Of a stretch of 64,000 bases of DNA, positions 9,537-18,150 are shown in pieces. How positions within the stretch are numbered: position 1 is the stretch's first letter; every line of letters begins with the position of its first letter. The position numbers and the translations under genes are program-made. Origin of the DNA: an uncultured Acidobacteriota bacterium (lineage in GTDB: Bacteria; Acidobacteriota; UBA6911; RPQK01; JAPXNP01); contig CAVZRV010000027.1 of assembly GCA_963777605.1 (NCBI GenBank), positions 1 to 64,000 of the forward strand, in the 5' to 3' direction. The notes below the pieces were generated by a model. It saw only the letters and a list, made by a program, of their open reading frames with translations. It searched no databases and was not told the origin of the DNA.

Positions 9537-12488
9537 ATGCAAAGACACGGGTCTCGAATTTGGCTATTTTTTCTCATTCTCTCAGTCGGGTCAGCATTAT
9601 CACACGCCGCAGGCTGGAAAATAATCGGTTGGAACGATTTGGGCATGCACTGCATGGACAGTGACTACGAGGTCTTCGCGATTCTTCCCCCATACAATAC
9701 GATTCACGCCCAGTTGGTCGATTCCTCAGGGAAACTCATCCGCAGCCCGAACGGCATTACTGTAACTTACGAGGCCGTCTCCGATCCGACCGGTTCGATC
9801 AACACCACATCCGAGGGAAAGACCAATTTCTGGACCTACGTCGCCGACCTTTTCGGGGTCCAGCTGTCGGCCGACCAGGGACTGGTCGGACAGGACATGC
9901 CGGGGCCTGGAGATGTCCCCCAGCCTATGGTCTTTGACGGCACCCTGTCCCAGTTCACTGCGGAGGGGATCCCGCTGACCCCCTATGACGACCAGGGACA
10001 CAAGAACTACTACCCGATGATGCGCCTGGTGGCCCGGGACAGCACGGGAAGGGTTCTGGCGACGACCGACATCGTTCTCCCGATTTCGGACGAAATGGAC
10101 TGCCGAAAATGCCACGGCTCCGACACCCACTCTTCGGCGCAGCCAGTCGCCGGCTGGGTCCGGGATCCAAATCCCGAGAAGGATTTCCGGCTCAATATCC
10201 TTCGCCTTCACGACGAGCGGAGGGGCGGCAGCATCAACTACCGTGACGCACTTACCGCCGCCGGCTATTCGCCCAATGGCCTCTACGCGACCGTCACCGA
10301 GAATTCGACTTCAGTGCTGTGCGCGACCTGCCACGGTTCGAACGCGTTGCCCGGCACCGGCGTAAGCGGGATCCCGCCACTGACCCGTTCGATCCACGCC
10401 TATCACGCCTCGGTCACCGACCCCAGCACCGGCGATAGTCTCGACTCCAGTTCCAACCGGGGCGCCTGCTACTCCTGCCACCCGGGTTCCGAAACCCGGT
10501 GTCTGAGAGGAGCCATGGGCAACAGCGTCGCTTCCGACGGCAGCCTCGCGATCCAGTGCCAGGGCTGCCATGGCTCGATGAGCCAGGTTGGAGCCTCCGC
10601 CCGCGAAGGATGGCTTTCCGAACCGACCTGCCAGAATTGCCACACCGGTACAGCCGTGAATAACAACGGCAAAATCCGATTCGTCTCCGCCCTGGAAGTT
10701 TCGGGGAACCCCAGAAATGCGGTCAACCTGACATTCGCCACCAACGCAAACACGCCGGCACCAGGGTTTTCCCTCTACCGGTTCTCCAAGGGGCACGGAA
10801 ACCTTCAGTGTGAAGCGTGCCACGGCTCGACTCACGCCATCTTCCCCACTTCCCACGAAAACGACAACATCCAGAGTGTCCAGTTGCAGGGTCATGTCGG
10901 AACCATTGCCGAGTGCACGACCTGCCACGCGAGCAGCCCGTCCACGGTTTCCGGCGGTCCCCACGGGATACACCCGGTCGGATCTGCCTGGGTCAGTCGC
11001 CACGGGGATGCAGCCGAGGGCAACGCCTCACAGTGCCGTAATTGCCACGGCGCCGACTACCGCGGAACCGAACTCTCTCGTGCGTTCGGTGACCGCATTC
11101 TCAGCACGAAATTCGGAACGATCCGGCTCTGGCGAGGTTTCCAGGTCGGCTGCTACACCTGTCACAACGGCCCGGGCAGCGAGCAAGGAACTAACAACTC
11201 CGCGCCGTATGTACAGGACATCACGACCGGAACACCTGCCGGGGTCCCGGTCCAGGTGCTACTCCGCAGTTCCGACGCGAACAGTAACTCCCTGACCCTG
11301 CGCATCGTTTCACAGCCGCTCGGCGGAACCGTCGGTCTCGTGGGCAGCCAGGCCACCTATTACCCGCTGCCTGGTTACTCCGGCAAGGACGAATTCACCT
11401 ACGCGGCATGGGACGGATACACCGATTCAAACCTGGGCAAGGTATGGGTCCAGGTCACCGCAACCCAGACGAACCAGCCCCCGACGGCCGACGCCGGGCC
11501 AACCCAGCAGGTCGCCGGAGGGGAAATCATCACCTTGACCGGCTCGGGCAGCGATCCGGACGGCGACACCCTCTCCTACAGCTGGAGTCAAGTTTCAGGA
11601 CCCACAGCCACGATTCAGAACTCTACCCAGGCCGTGGCAACGTTCACGGCGCCCAGCGTTAACGAAGCCACCGACCTGGTCTTCAACCTCCTTGTCGACG
11701 ACGGCCAGGGAGGGACCGCCAACGCCCAGACAACCGTCACGGTCCTGGCCGCCCCGGTTTCGGACAAGGTCTTCTACTTCCCGCAGATTGGAAATGGAAC
11801 AGGCAACACCCTGATCTTATTCTCCAGCATGGTCCTGCTCAACAGCGGGGCCGACACGGTTGCTACCATCGAGTTCTTCTCGCAGGACGGCCAGCCAATG
11901 TCGCTCGGTCTGCAGGGGCAGGGAGATTCCCGGGCAATCTGGGTTTTCAACCTGGCCCGAGGAGCCTCCGTTGAACTCAAGACCACCGGAGAAGGTAATC
12001 TTCAGGTAGGATACGCCCGGATCAGCGGGGGTGTCGGCCTGGCCGGTACCGCCGTCTTTGAGCAGAAGGACGCGATCACCGGGATCACCTTGACCGAAGC
12101 CGGCGTTCCGGCGGCCCAACCGCTCACCGGTTTTACCGTGTTTGTGGACACCGTCGGGTCGAGGAATACCGGAGTTGCGCTCATCAACCCGGCTACAAGC
12201 GGCGGGACCGCTCACCTGACCCTGCGGTTGTACAGTAAGAGCTTCGTCCTCCTTCGCACTGTCCCGGTGGAACTGGCGGAAGGCGACCACCTGGCCCAGT
12301 TTGTCACCGAGCTGTTCCCGGATTACGGGCAGGCTTCCGAGATGCAGGGAGTGCTCACGGTGGAAAGTGATCGAGGCGTCGTCGCTGCGACTATTCGCCA
12401 AAGCTTCGATCCCACGCTCGCATTCCCCGATTTTGTTCCCACACTGACCCTCTTCCCGGTAGTCCCGAGCCGGGCGGACGCACAGTAG
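9537..12488 (+). CDS. Secreted multiheme (9 CxxCH) cytochrome c with Ig-like/PKD domains and a C-terminal 'YFPQI' domain
   Basis: Signal peptide; WNDLGMHCMD; CRKCH, CATCH, CYSCH, CQGCH, CQNCH, CEACH, CTTCH, CRNCH, CYTCH; NQPPTADAG..GSDPDGDTLSYSW PKD-like repeat; AGGAG RBS at 9525. Confidence 0.9.
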   Translation: MQRHGSRIWLFFLILSVGSALSHAAGWKIIGWNDLGMHCMDSDYEVFAILPPYNTIHAQLVDSSGKLIRSPNGITVTYEAVSDPTGSINTTSEGKTNFWTYVADLFGVQLSADQGLVGQDMPGPGDVPQPMVFDGTLSQFTAEGIPLTPYDDQGHKNYYPMMRLVARDSTGRVLATTDIVLPISDEMDCRKCHGSDTHSSAQPVAGWVRDPNPEKDFRLNILRLHDERRGGSINYRDALTAAGYSPNGLYATVTENSTSVLCATCHGSNALPGTGVSGIPPLTRSIHAYHASVTDPSTGDSLDSSSNRGACYSCHPGSETRCLRGAMGNSVASDGSLAIQCQGCHGSMSQVGASAREGWLSEPTCQNCHTGTAVNNNGKIRFVSALEVSGNPRNAVNLTFATNANTPAPGFSLYRFSKGHGNLQCEACHGSTHAIFPTSHENDNIQSVQLQGHVGTIAECTTCHASSPSTVSGGPHGIHPVGSAWVSRHGDAAEGNASQCRNCHGADYRGTELSRAFGDRILSTKFGTIRLWRGFQVGCYTCHNGPGSEQGTNNSAPYVQDITTGTPAGVPVQVLLRSSDANSNSLTLRIVSQPLGGTVGLVGSQATYYPLPGYSGKDEFTYAAWDGYTDSNLGKVWVQVTATQTNQPPTADAGPTQQVAGGEIITLTGSGSDPDGDTLSYSWSQVSGPTATIQNSTQAVATFTAPSVNEATDLVFNLLVDDGQGGTANAQTTVTVLAAPVSDKVFYFPQIGNGTGNTLILFSSMVLLNSGADTVATIEFFSQDGQPMSLGLQGQGDSRAIWVFNLARGASVELKTTGEGNLQVGYARISGGVGLAGTAVFEQKDAITGITLTEAGVPAAQPLTGFTVFVDTVGSRNTGVALINPATSGGTAHLTLRLYSKSFVLLRTVPVELAEGDHLAQFVTELFPDYGQASEMQGVLTVESDRGVVAATIRQSFDPTLAFPDFVPTLTLFPVVPSRADAQ

Positions 12489-12503
12489 GCGGGTCTTTCA
12501 CTC

Positions 12504-12540
12504 GGACTGGTCCGACGGGTCGAACCTGTCGGACCAGTCC
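12504..12540 (+). terminator. 13-bp perfect stem-loop after the cytochrome gene
   Basis: GGACTGGTCCGAC-N11-GTCGGACCAGTCC; no clear U tract, so it may be a REP-like stabiliser. Confidence 0.45.
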
Positions 12541-12590
12541 AAACGTCAAATCCGATCGAAATGGGGGCTGCTTCCTAATACAATCCCTCC

Positions 12591-13748
12591 ATGTTCTCGG
12601 ACAGAACCGCCTTTGACCTGCGACCAAACGAACTTTCAACCCTGACCCGCGAGTTGAAGCGGCAGGGTCAAGAGGTCCTGGATCTCACGCTCTCCAACCC
12701 AACGCGCGCCGGCCTGGATTACCCCAAAAACGAGATCCTGTCCGCTATCTCCCACCCCCAGGCAATGACTTATGCACCAGATCCCCTGGGCCTCCTGCGG
12801 GCGCGGGAGGCCATCTCCCTGTTCTACTCCGAGAGAGGGGATGAAGTCAGCCCGGACGACATCATCCTGACCTCGAGCACGAGCGAAGCTTACAGTTTCC
12901 TTTTCAAACTGCTGGCTGACCCGGGAGATTCAGTCCTGGTTCCTACTCCCAGCTATCCCCTGTTCCAGTACCTGGCCCGGTTCGAGGGCCTCGAATCGCT
13001 GTCCTACCCCCTGATCTATGCTGACGATTGGATCTGCGACGTAGATGAAGTCTCCCGGCTTGCCGATCACTGCCGGGCAAGCGCTGTGCTGTGCGTCCAC
13101 CCAAACAATCCGACGGGCTCATATTTCAAGGAGTTGCCCCAACTTCTGGAATTCTCACAAAGAAGCGGGGTTCCCCTGATCTGCGACGAAGTCTTCTTCG
13201 ACTACCGTCTAACCGCTGAGCCGGTTCCCGACCCCATCGCCTCGGACGATTCAATGACCTTCGTCCTCAACGGACTGTCGAAAAGCGTGGCTCTTCCGCA
13301 ACTCAAGCTGAGCTGGATCGTGCTGTGCGGTCCCGCTGATTTGCGGAGAACCGCAAGGGAACGCCTGGAGCTGATCTCGGACACGTACCTCTCGGTGAAC
13401 ACAGCGGTTCAGCACGCAGTTCCCGAATTGTTGGAACTGCGTCACTTGATCCAGCGTCAAATCACAGGGAGGTTGCGAAGGAACCTCGACATGCTTCGAG
13501 TTGAGTTGAGTGAGAGCCCCCTTCGCCTGTTCGAGCCGGAAGGAGGATGGTACGTGGTCATCCGCCTCCCGGCCTGGCACAACGATGAGGAATTCTCGCT
13601 CCGGGTGCTGCGCGAGAAAGGTGTCCTCCTTCACCCGGGGAGTTTCTTCGGGTTCCCATCAGGCGGCTCATTCGTGGTGGTCAGCCTTCTACCCCAGGAA
13701 TTCGATTTCAAGCTGGGTATACAGGGACTGGTAGAACTGGCGGCATAA
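12591..13748 (+). CDS. Pyridoxal-phosphate-dependent aminotransferase class I/II
   Basis: LDLTLSNPT, HPNNPTG, ICDEVF, NGLSKS. Confidence 0.9.
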   Translation: MFSDRTAFDLRPNELSTLTRELKRQGQEVLDLTLSNPTRAGLDYPKNEILSAISHPQAMTYAPDPLGLLRAREAISLFYSERGDEVSPDDIILTSSTSEAYSFLFKLLADPGDSVLVPTPSYPLFQYLARFEGLESLSYPLIYADDWICDVDEVSRLADHCRASAVLCVHPNNPTGSYFKELPQLLEFSQRSGVPLICDEVFFDYRLTAEPVPDPIASDDSMTFVLNGLSKSVALPQLKLSWIVLCGPADLRRTARERLELISDTYLSVNTAVQHAVPELLELRHLIQRQITGRLRRNLDMLRVELSESPLRLFEPEGGWYVVIRLPAWHNDEEFSLRVLREKGVLLHPGSFFGFPSGGSFVVVSLLPQEFDFKLGIQGLVELAA

Positions 13749-13814
13749 GGCGCCAGCCAAAACGGCACGTCGGACCGGTCCGACGCGTCCGACCCTTCTG
13801 ACTGCGGGAATAGC

Positions 13815-14369
13815 TCATCCGGCAAACGGGGATTCGGCGCTTTCCAGGGCCGCCATGATGGCCTCCCACTTGCCCGAAGTCTTGAGGAGAAGGTCGATGA
13901 CCTCCCGAACCGCCCCGTCGCCCCCCTTGGACCGGGTCACATAATGGACGTGGTACTTGACCGGTTCGGCGGCATTCTCAGGAGCAGCCGAGAAACCGAC
14001 GCGCTGCAGGATGGGAATGTCGGGGAGGTCGTCCCCGATGTAGGCCACCTCTTCCGCCGTCAGGTTCTTATCCTTGAGCAAAAGCTGCAGGTCGGCCATT
14101 TTCTCCCGCGAACCCTGAATGACTGTTTCGACTCCCAGCTCCTGGGCACGCTGCTGGACGACTCCGCTGGTCCGGCCGCTGATGAATCCCACCTCGATAC
14201 CGGCCTTCTGTGCGAGTCGTATGGCCAGCCCGTCGTAGATTGAGAAATACTTGATCTCTCCCCCGTCCGGAAGCAGGCCGACCCGGCCATCGGTCAGGAC
14301 TCCGTCCACATCGAGGAGGATGAATTTGATCTTCTGTACGTTTCCGGTTACTTGGTGAGGCAGGGCCAT
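13815..14369 (-). CDS. kdsC: KDO 8-phosphate phosphatase (HAD family)
   Basis: LLDVDGVLTDG, YIGDDLPD, GGDGAVRE; operon context. Confidence 0.93.
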   Translation of the reverse strand: MALPHQVTGNVQKIKFILLDVDGVLTDGRVGLLPDGGEIKYFSIYDGLAIRLAQKAGIEVGFISGRTSGVVQQRAQELGVETVIQGSREKMADLQLLLKDKNLTAEEVAYIGDDLPDIPILQRVGFSAAPENAAEPVKYHVHYVTRSKGGDGAVREVIDLLLKTSGKWEAIMAALESAESPFAG

Positions 14370-14372
14370 GGC

Positions 14373-15356
14373 TTAAAACAACTCCGTTCCCCACAAATCG
14401 TGTAAATGAATAATACCAATGATTCTCCCAGATTCGGCAGTCACCATCAACGAAGTAATCTTCCGTTTCTCGAGGATGTCGAGCGCCCTTGCAGCGAGTT
14501 CCCCGGGGGCTATCGTTACCGGGTTCGAATTCATACATTCGGCCGCCGTCTTGTCCAAAAGCGCACCTCGATGGGATTGGAGGAGCCTTCTCAGATCCCC
14601 GTCCGAAATCACCCCGGCGAGCCGCCCGTCGTCGTTGGCGACCGCGGTAATCCCGAGTCCCTTGCGGGTGATTTCAAAGATCACGTCCTCCATCCGCGAC
14701 CCGGTTTCCACCCGCGGCACCTCGTCTCCAGCGTGCATCAGGTCGGAGACCCTGGCCAACTTCTTGCCCAGCTTCCCCCCCGGGTGAAGCCGGGCAAATT
14801 CTTCGGGTCGAAATCCCTTCCGGCTCGAGAGCGCAATCGCCAACGCGTCACCCAGGGCCATGGCCGCCGTCGTCGAAGCCGTCGGCGCCAATCCGTGGGT
14901 GCAGGCCTCCCGGTCGACGCTGATGTCCAAAGCCAGGTCGGAATGTCTCGCCAGTCGAGATTCGGCGTTCCCGACCATCGAGATCAGCGGCAATCCGAGG
15001 CGCTTGATGGTGCCAAGCAACCGCAGCAGTTCCTCGGTCTCCCCGCTGTTGGAGATTAGCAGCACGGTATCTCCGTAGGCCAGCATCCCCAGGTCCCCGT
15101 GCACCGCTTCGGCAGGGTGAAGAAACAGGGACGGCGTTCCCGTACTCGAAAAGGTCGCGGCAATCTTCCGGCAAACGATTCCGGATTTGCCCATCCCGCT
15201 GGTCACCACCCGGCCCTGGCAGTTCGAAAGCATGTCCACGGCACAAATGAACTCTTCACCAATCCGTTCAACGAGGCCGCGGATTGCCTCCGACTCGATC
15301 TCAAGAACTCTGCGGCCGATCGCCAACTCTGCTCCATCCCCGGACATCGCTATCAT
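14373..15356 (-). CDS. kdsD: Arabinose-5-phosphate isomerase KpsF/GutQ
   Basis: SIS domain GMGKSG, HPAEAVHGDLG, LAPTASTT, HPGGKLG, plus a CBS pair. Confidence 0.95.
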   Translation of the reverse strand: MIAMSGDGAELAIGRRVLEIESEAIRGLVERIGEEFICAVDMLSNCQGRVVTSGMGKSGIVCRKIAATFSSTGTPSLFLHPAEAVHGDLGMLAYGDTVLLISNSGETEELLRLLGTIKRLGLPLISMVGNAESRLARHSDLALDISVDREACTHGLAPTASTTAAMALGDALAIALSSRKGFRPEEFARLHPGGKLGKKLARVSDLMHAGDEVPRVETGSRMEDVIFEITRKGLGITAVANDDGRLAGVISDGDLRRLLQSHRGALLDKTAAECMNSNPVTIAPGELAARALDILEKRKITSLMVTAESGRIIGIIHLHDLWGTELF

Positions 15357-15366
15357 TCTCCCTCAA

Positions 15367-16197
15367 TCAGGCGCGCTTCACCAAAGCGTCAATCTCCAGC
15401 AACCTCGACAGCATTTCCTCGACCCGGTCCAGGCGAAGGGCATTGGCGCCGTCACTCAGCGCCTTGGAAGGCTCCTCGTGTACCTCAAAGAAGACTCCGT
15501 CAACACCGACCGCAACCGCCGCCCGGGCGAGATGGCCGATGAACTCCGCCTGCCCAAGGCTCTTCCCGGTTCCGGCGCCGGGGAGTTGAACGCTGTGGGT
15601 GGCGTCAAAGACAACCGGGTACCCAAGTGCCCGCATCTGGGGAATGCCTTTGAAGTCAACCACCAAGTTGTTGTAGCCGAAGCTCGTCCCTCTCTCGGTA
15701 ATCAGGATGCGACGATTTCCGGACGCTTCGCCCTTTTCCAGGATGTGCCGCACGTCCCAGGGAGCAAGGAACTGGCCCTTTTTGACGTTCACCGGCCGCC
15801 CCGAAGCCGCTGCCTCACTGATGAGATCGGTCTGACGGCACAGATACGCTGGAATCTGCAGAATGTCGAGAACCCTGGCGCAAGGAGTTACCTGGACAGT
15901 CTCATGGATATCGGAGGTGACGGGAACGCCGACCCGGGAACGCACATCCGCCAGCACTTCCAGGCCCGCCTCGAGGCCAGGCCCACGATATGATCGAACC
16001 GAAGTGCGGTTGGCCTTGTCGAACGAGGCTTTGAAAACCAGCGGCACGGCCAACCGAGAAGCGATTTCAGCCAGGCTACCGGCCAGATCAAGACAATGTT
16101 GCCCGCTTTCGATCACACAGGGCCCGGCAATAACAAAGAACGACGGTCGCCGTTCGGGATCCCAAAGTTGGGGTAGAAGTTCTGAGTGACTCAGCAT
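15367..16197 (-). CDS. kdsA: KDO 8-phosphate synthase
   Basis: IAGPCVIES, KASFDKANRTS, VKKGQF, ERGTSFGY, FDATHSVQ, SDG. Confidence 0.97.
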   Translation of the reverse strand: MLSHSELLPQLWDPERRPSFFVIAGPCVIESGQHCLDLAGSLAEIASRLAVPLVFKASFDKANRTSVRSYRGPGLEAGLEVLADVRSRVGVPVTSDIHETVQVTPCARVLDILQIPAYLCRQTDLISEAAASGRPVNVKKGQFLAPWDVRHILEKGEASGNRRILITERGTSFGYNNLVVDFKGIPQMRALGYPVVFDATHSVQLPGAGTGKSLGQAEFIGHLARAAVAVGVDGVFFEVHEEPSKALSDGANALRLDRVEEMLSRLLEIDALVKRA

Positions 16198-16227
16198 CCA
16201 CCTATGCTAATCCGAAAGCTCTCGATT

Positions 16228-16593
16228 GAGTAATCCAGGCAGGCCCTGCCTGGTATGGCGGCCGGGCAGCCTGCCCGGCGATTTCTGCTCCTGGAACTGC
16301 GGTTGAGGACCTGGAACAGAAACGCGAAGTCGCAAAGGTCGCCAAGGAAAATCTTGTTGGAAAAGAAGAGGATCTTCGCGCCTTGGCGTCTTTTTTCGTA
16401 ATTAGTAAGTGGGGTTTGGCCGTCGCCGACCGCTCTGCCCGAAGGTGTCGTGTGCCCGCCTCCGGGTTGGGGTCGGCGAACCGGTCGAAAGTCAGGGTTC
16501 GTAGCGAATTCGACAACATCCCCTTCGAAATTTGAACTTCCAACTTCAAACTTCAGATTTCGAACTTTGAACTTCGCACTTCGCACTTTGAGA
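16228..16593. repeat. Mosaic intergenic repeat: double-hairpin REP-like block, 8/9-mer inverted arms, ~125-bp dispersed block, 10 degenerate heptamers (TTCGAAC-like)
   Basis: 16228-16280 is the reverse complement of 23950-24001 and 7988-8039; 16396-16523 aligns inverted to 23321-23456; heptamers at 16524-16593. Confidence 0.85.
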
Positions 16594-16713
16594 TGGGGGA
16601 GAGCGACAGGAGTTTCGCTCTCCCCGGAGCAAGGGAAGCGGCAGGGGACCGCCTCCCCGGTTCAGCAGGCGGCAGGGGTGTCCCGCCTGCTGTTGGTGGA
16701 GGATCGAGGGGCG

Positions 16714-17481
16714 TTAACGGGCCGGGAGAGGGTCCTGCGTGGTCAACTGGACGCCATCCTGGCGGAGAGGCAGCATGAAGACCGGGATACTCGAACTGAC
16801 TTCGGCAGAGCCAATGAAGTCGCTCGAACCCACGAGTTCAGGGACCAACTCGGTCCAGTTACTGGCGACACGATGGCCGGGTGCCAGCGAGATCGAGTCA
16901 CTGCCGACCCAGGTGCCGAACTGGTCGTAAACGTCGTATGAAATCACTGCATCCCCACTGCTCGTAGGCGGGTTGAGAGCCGCCAACGCGGAAACCAGAG
17001 AAGTCGGTGAATTCAGGTTGATCAACAGGGTCGCCGAACCGATGACATCCCTCGGCAGAATGCTCGTGGTCGTCACCAGCGTGCCAGAGCCGTCATAGAT
17101 GCTGAAGACCGCCTCAATCGCGATATTGTCTTCGGTGGTGAGCTTCCCCCATCCGGTCTTGAGGCTTCCGTCGGACGAGTAGGTTTCGACGGTAGCGACA
17201 CCACGGCCCTCAATCTCGCGTTCAAGGCTGGCAACCGCCTGGGTTCCGCTCAGCGAAACCTGCTTCAGCACGTTGGCCGCTGCGCCGTTTTCATCGTAAC
17301 TTTCGATCGTCACGCGGGCCGGGTTCAGAACCTCGGTCCCCAGGTTGACGATCGTGACCTTGGTCCCGATTCGGAGTTGGCTGTTTCCGCCGGCTGCGAT
17401 TTGCGGGATGTAGTAGGTATGAACCTCTGCCATCGCCGCCGAGCAGAACAGCACTGCTGTAATGAGTATTCTTGCCAACAC
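16714..17481 (-). CDS. Secreted hypothetical protein; stand-alone 'YIPQI' domain homologous to the cytochrome C-terminus
   Basis: GGAGGG RBS, GTG start, signal peptide, TYYIPQIAAGG motif. Confidence 0.8.
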   Translation of the reverse strand: MLARILITAVLFCSAAMAEVHTYYIPQIAAGGNSQLRIGTKVTIVNLGTEVLNPARVTIESYDENGAAANVLKQVSLSGTQAVASLEREIEGRGVATVETYSSDGSLKTGWGKLTTEDNIAIEAVFSIYDGSGTLVTTTSILPRDVIGSATLLINLNSPTSLVSALAALNPPTSSGDAVISYDVYDQFGTWVGSDSISLAPGHRVASNWTELVPELVGSSDFIGSAEVSSSIPVFMLPLRQDGVQLTTQDPLPAR

Positions 17482-17552
17482 TTTCGTATTCCCTCCATAT
17501 CCACCCACTGAAGCCGGCACCAAACCCGGTGAGGCTCAATCCAGGCAACAAA

Positions 17553-18146
17553 TCAGTGAGCGAAGCTGTAAATCTTGAATTTTCCGCAGGTCTCAATGAC
17601 CGACCCGAAGAGGTTCATCTCGAGTTCTTTTCCGGCTTCGTCCTTGACCCGGATTCGGCCGTCCCGATGAATCGTAAACGTTCCGTAATCCTTCGTTCCG
17701 TCTGTGAAGCGAAGTCCCACGTATTCGTACTTCCGGCCGGCGTAATCCATCGTCTTGGCCAATCCAGCCAGGTCTCTGAGATAGCTCTGATTCCAGACGA
17801 AATCGACCGAGAGGTTGCTTCCCGGCTGACTCGCGGGCAGGGCCGGGTAGACGCATTCCGCGAATTCCTCTTTCTGGACAACGAAGGACGCCAGTTCGTC
17901 CCGATCTCCCCGGGCGAGCACTTCGATGAAGTGACGACCGAGTGCGTCTAACGAGTCCTGGGTATTCGAGAGTGTGCACCCCACGAGAGCCTGCGCTTCC
18001 GACTTCCGTGCGTCCCCCGGGGCGTCTGCGGCATCCTGCACTTTCTCGTCTCCGGAGAAACCAAAGACGGGGCTACCGCAGACGACCAGGAGTATGGTGA
18101 GAAGAACGGGCGCCCAGCGCCCTTTCTCAGTTCGACTGATCTTCAT
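17553..18146 (-). CDS. Exported hypothetical protein
   Basis: Hydrophobic N-terminus; 4 nt downstream of the upstream gene, so operonic. Confidence 0.7.
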   Translation of the reverse strand: MKISRTEKGRWAPVLLTILLVVCGSPVFGFSGDEKVQDAADAPGDARKSEAQALVGCTLSNTQDSLDALGRHFIEVLARGDRDELASFVVQKEEFAECVYPALPASQPGSNLSVDFVWNQSYLRDLAGLAKTMDYAGRKYEYVGLRFTDGTKDYGTFTIHRDGRIRVKDEAGKELEMNLFGSVIETCGKFKIYSFAH

Positions 18147-18150
18147 TGGA

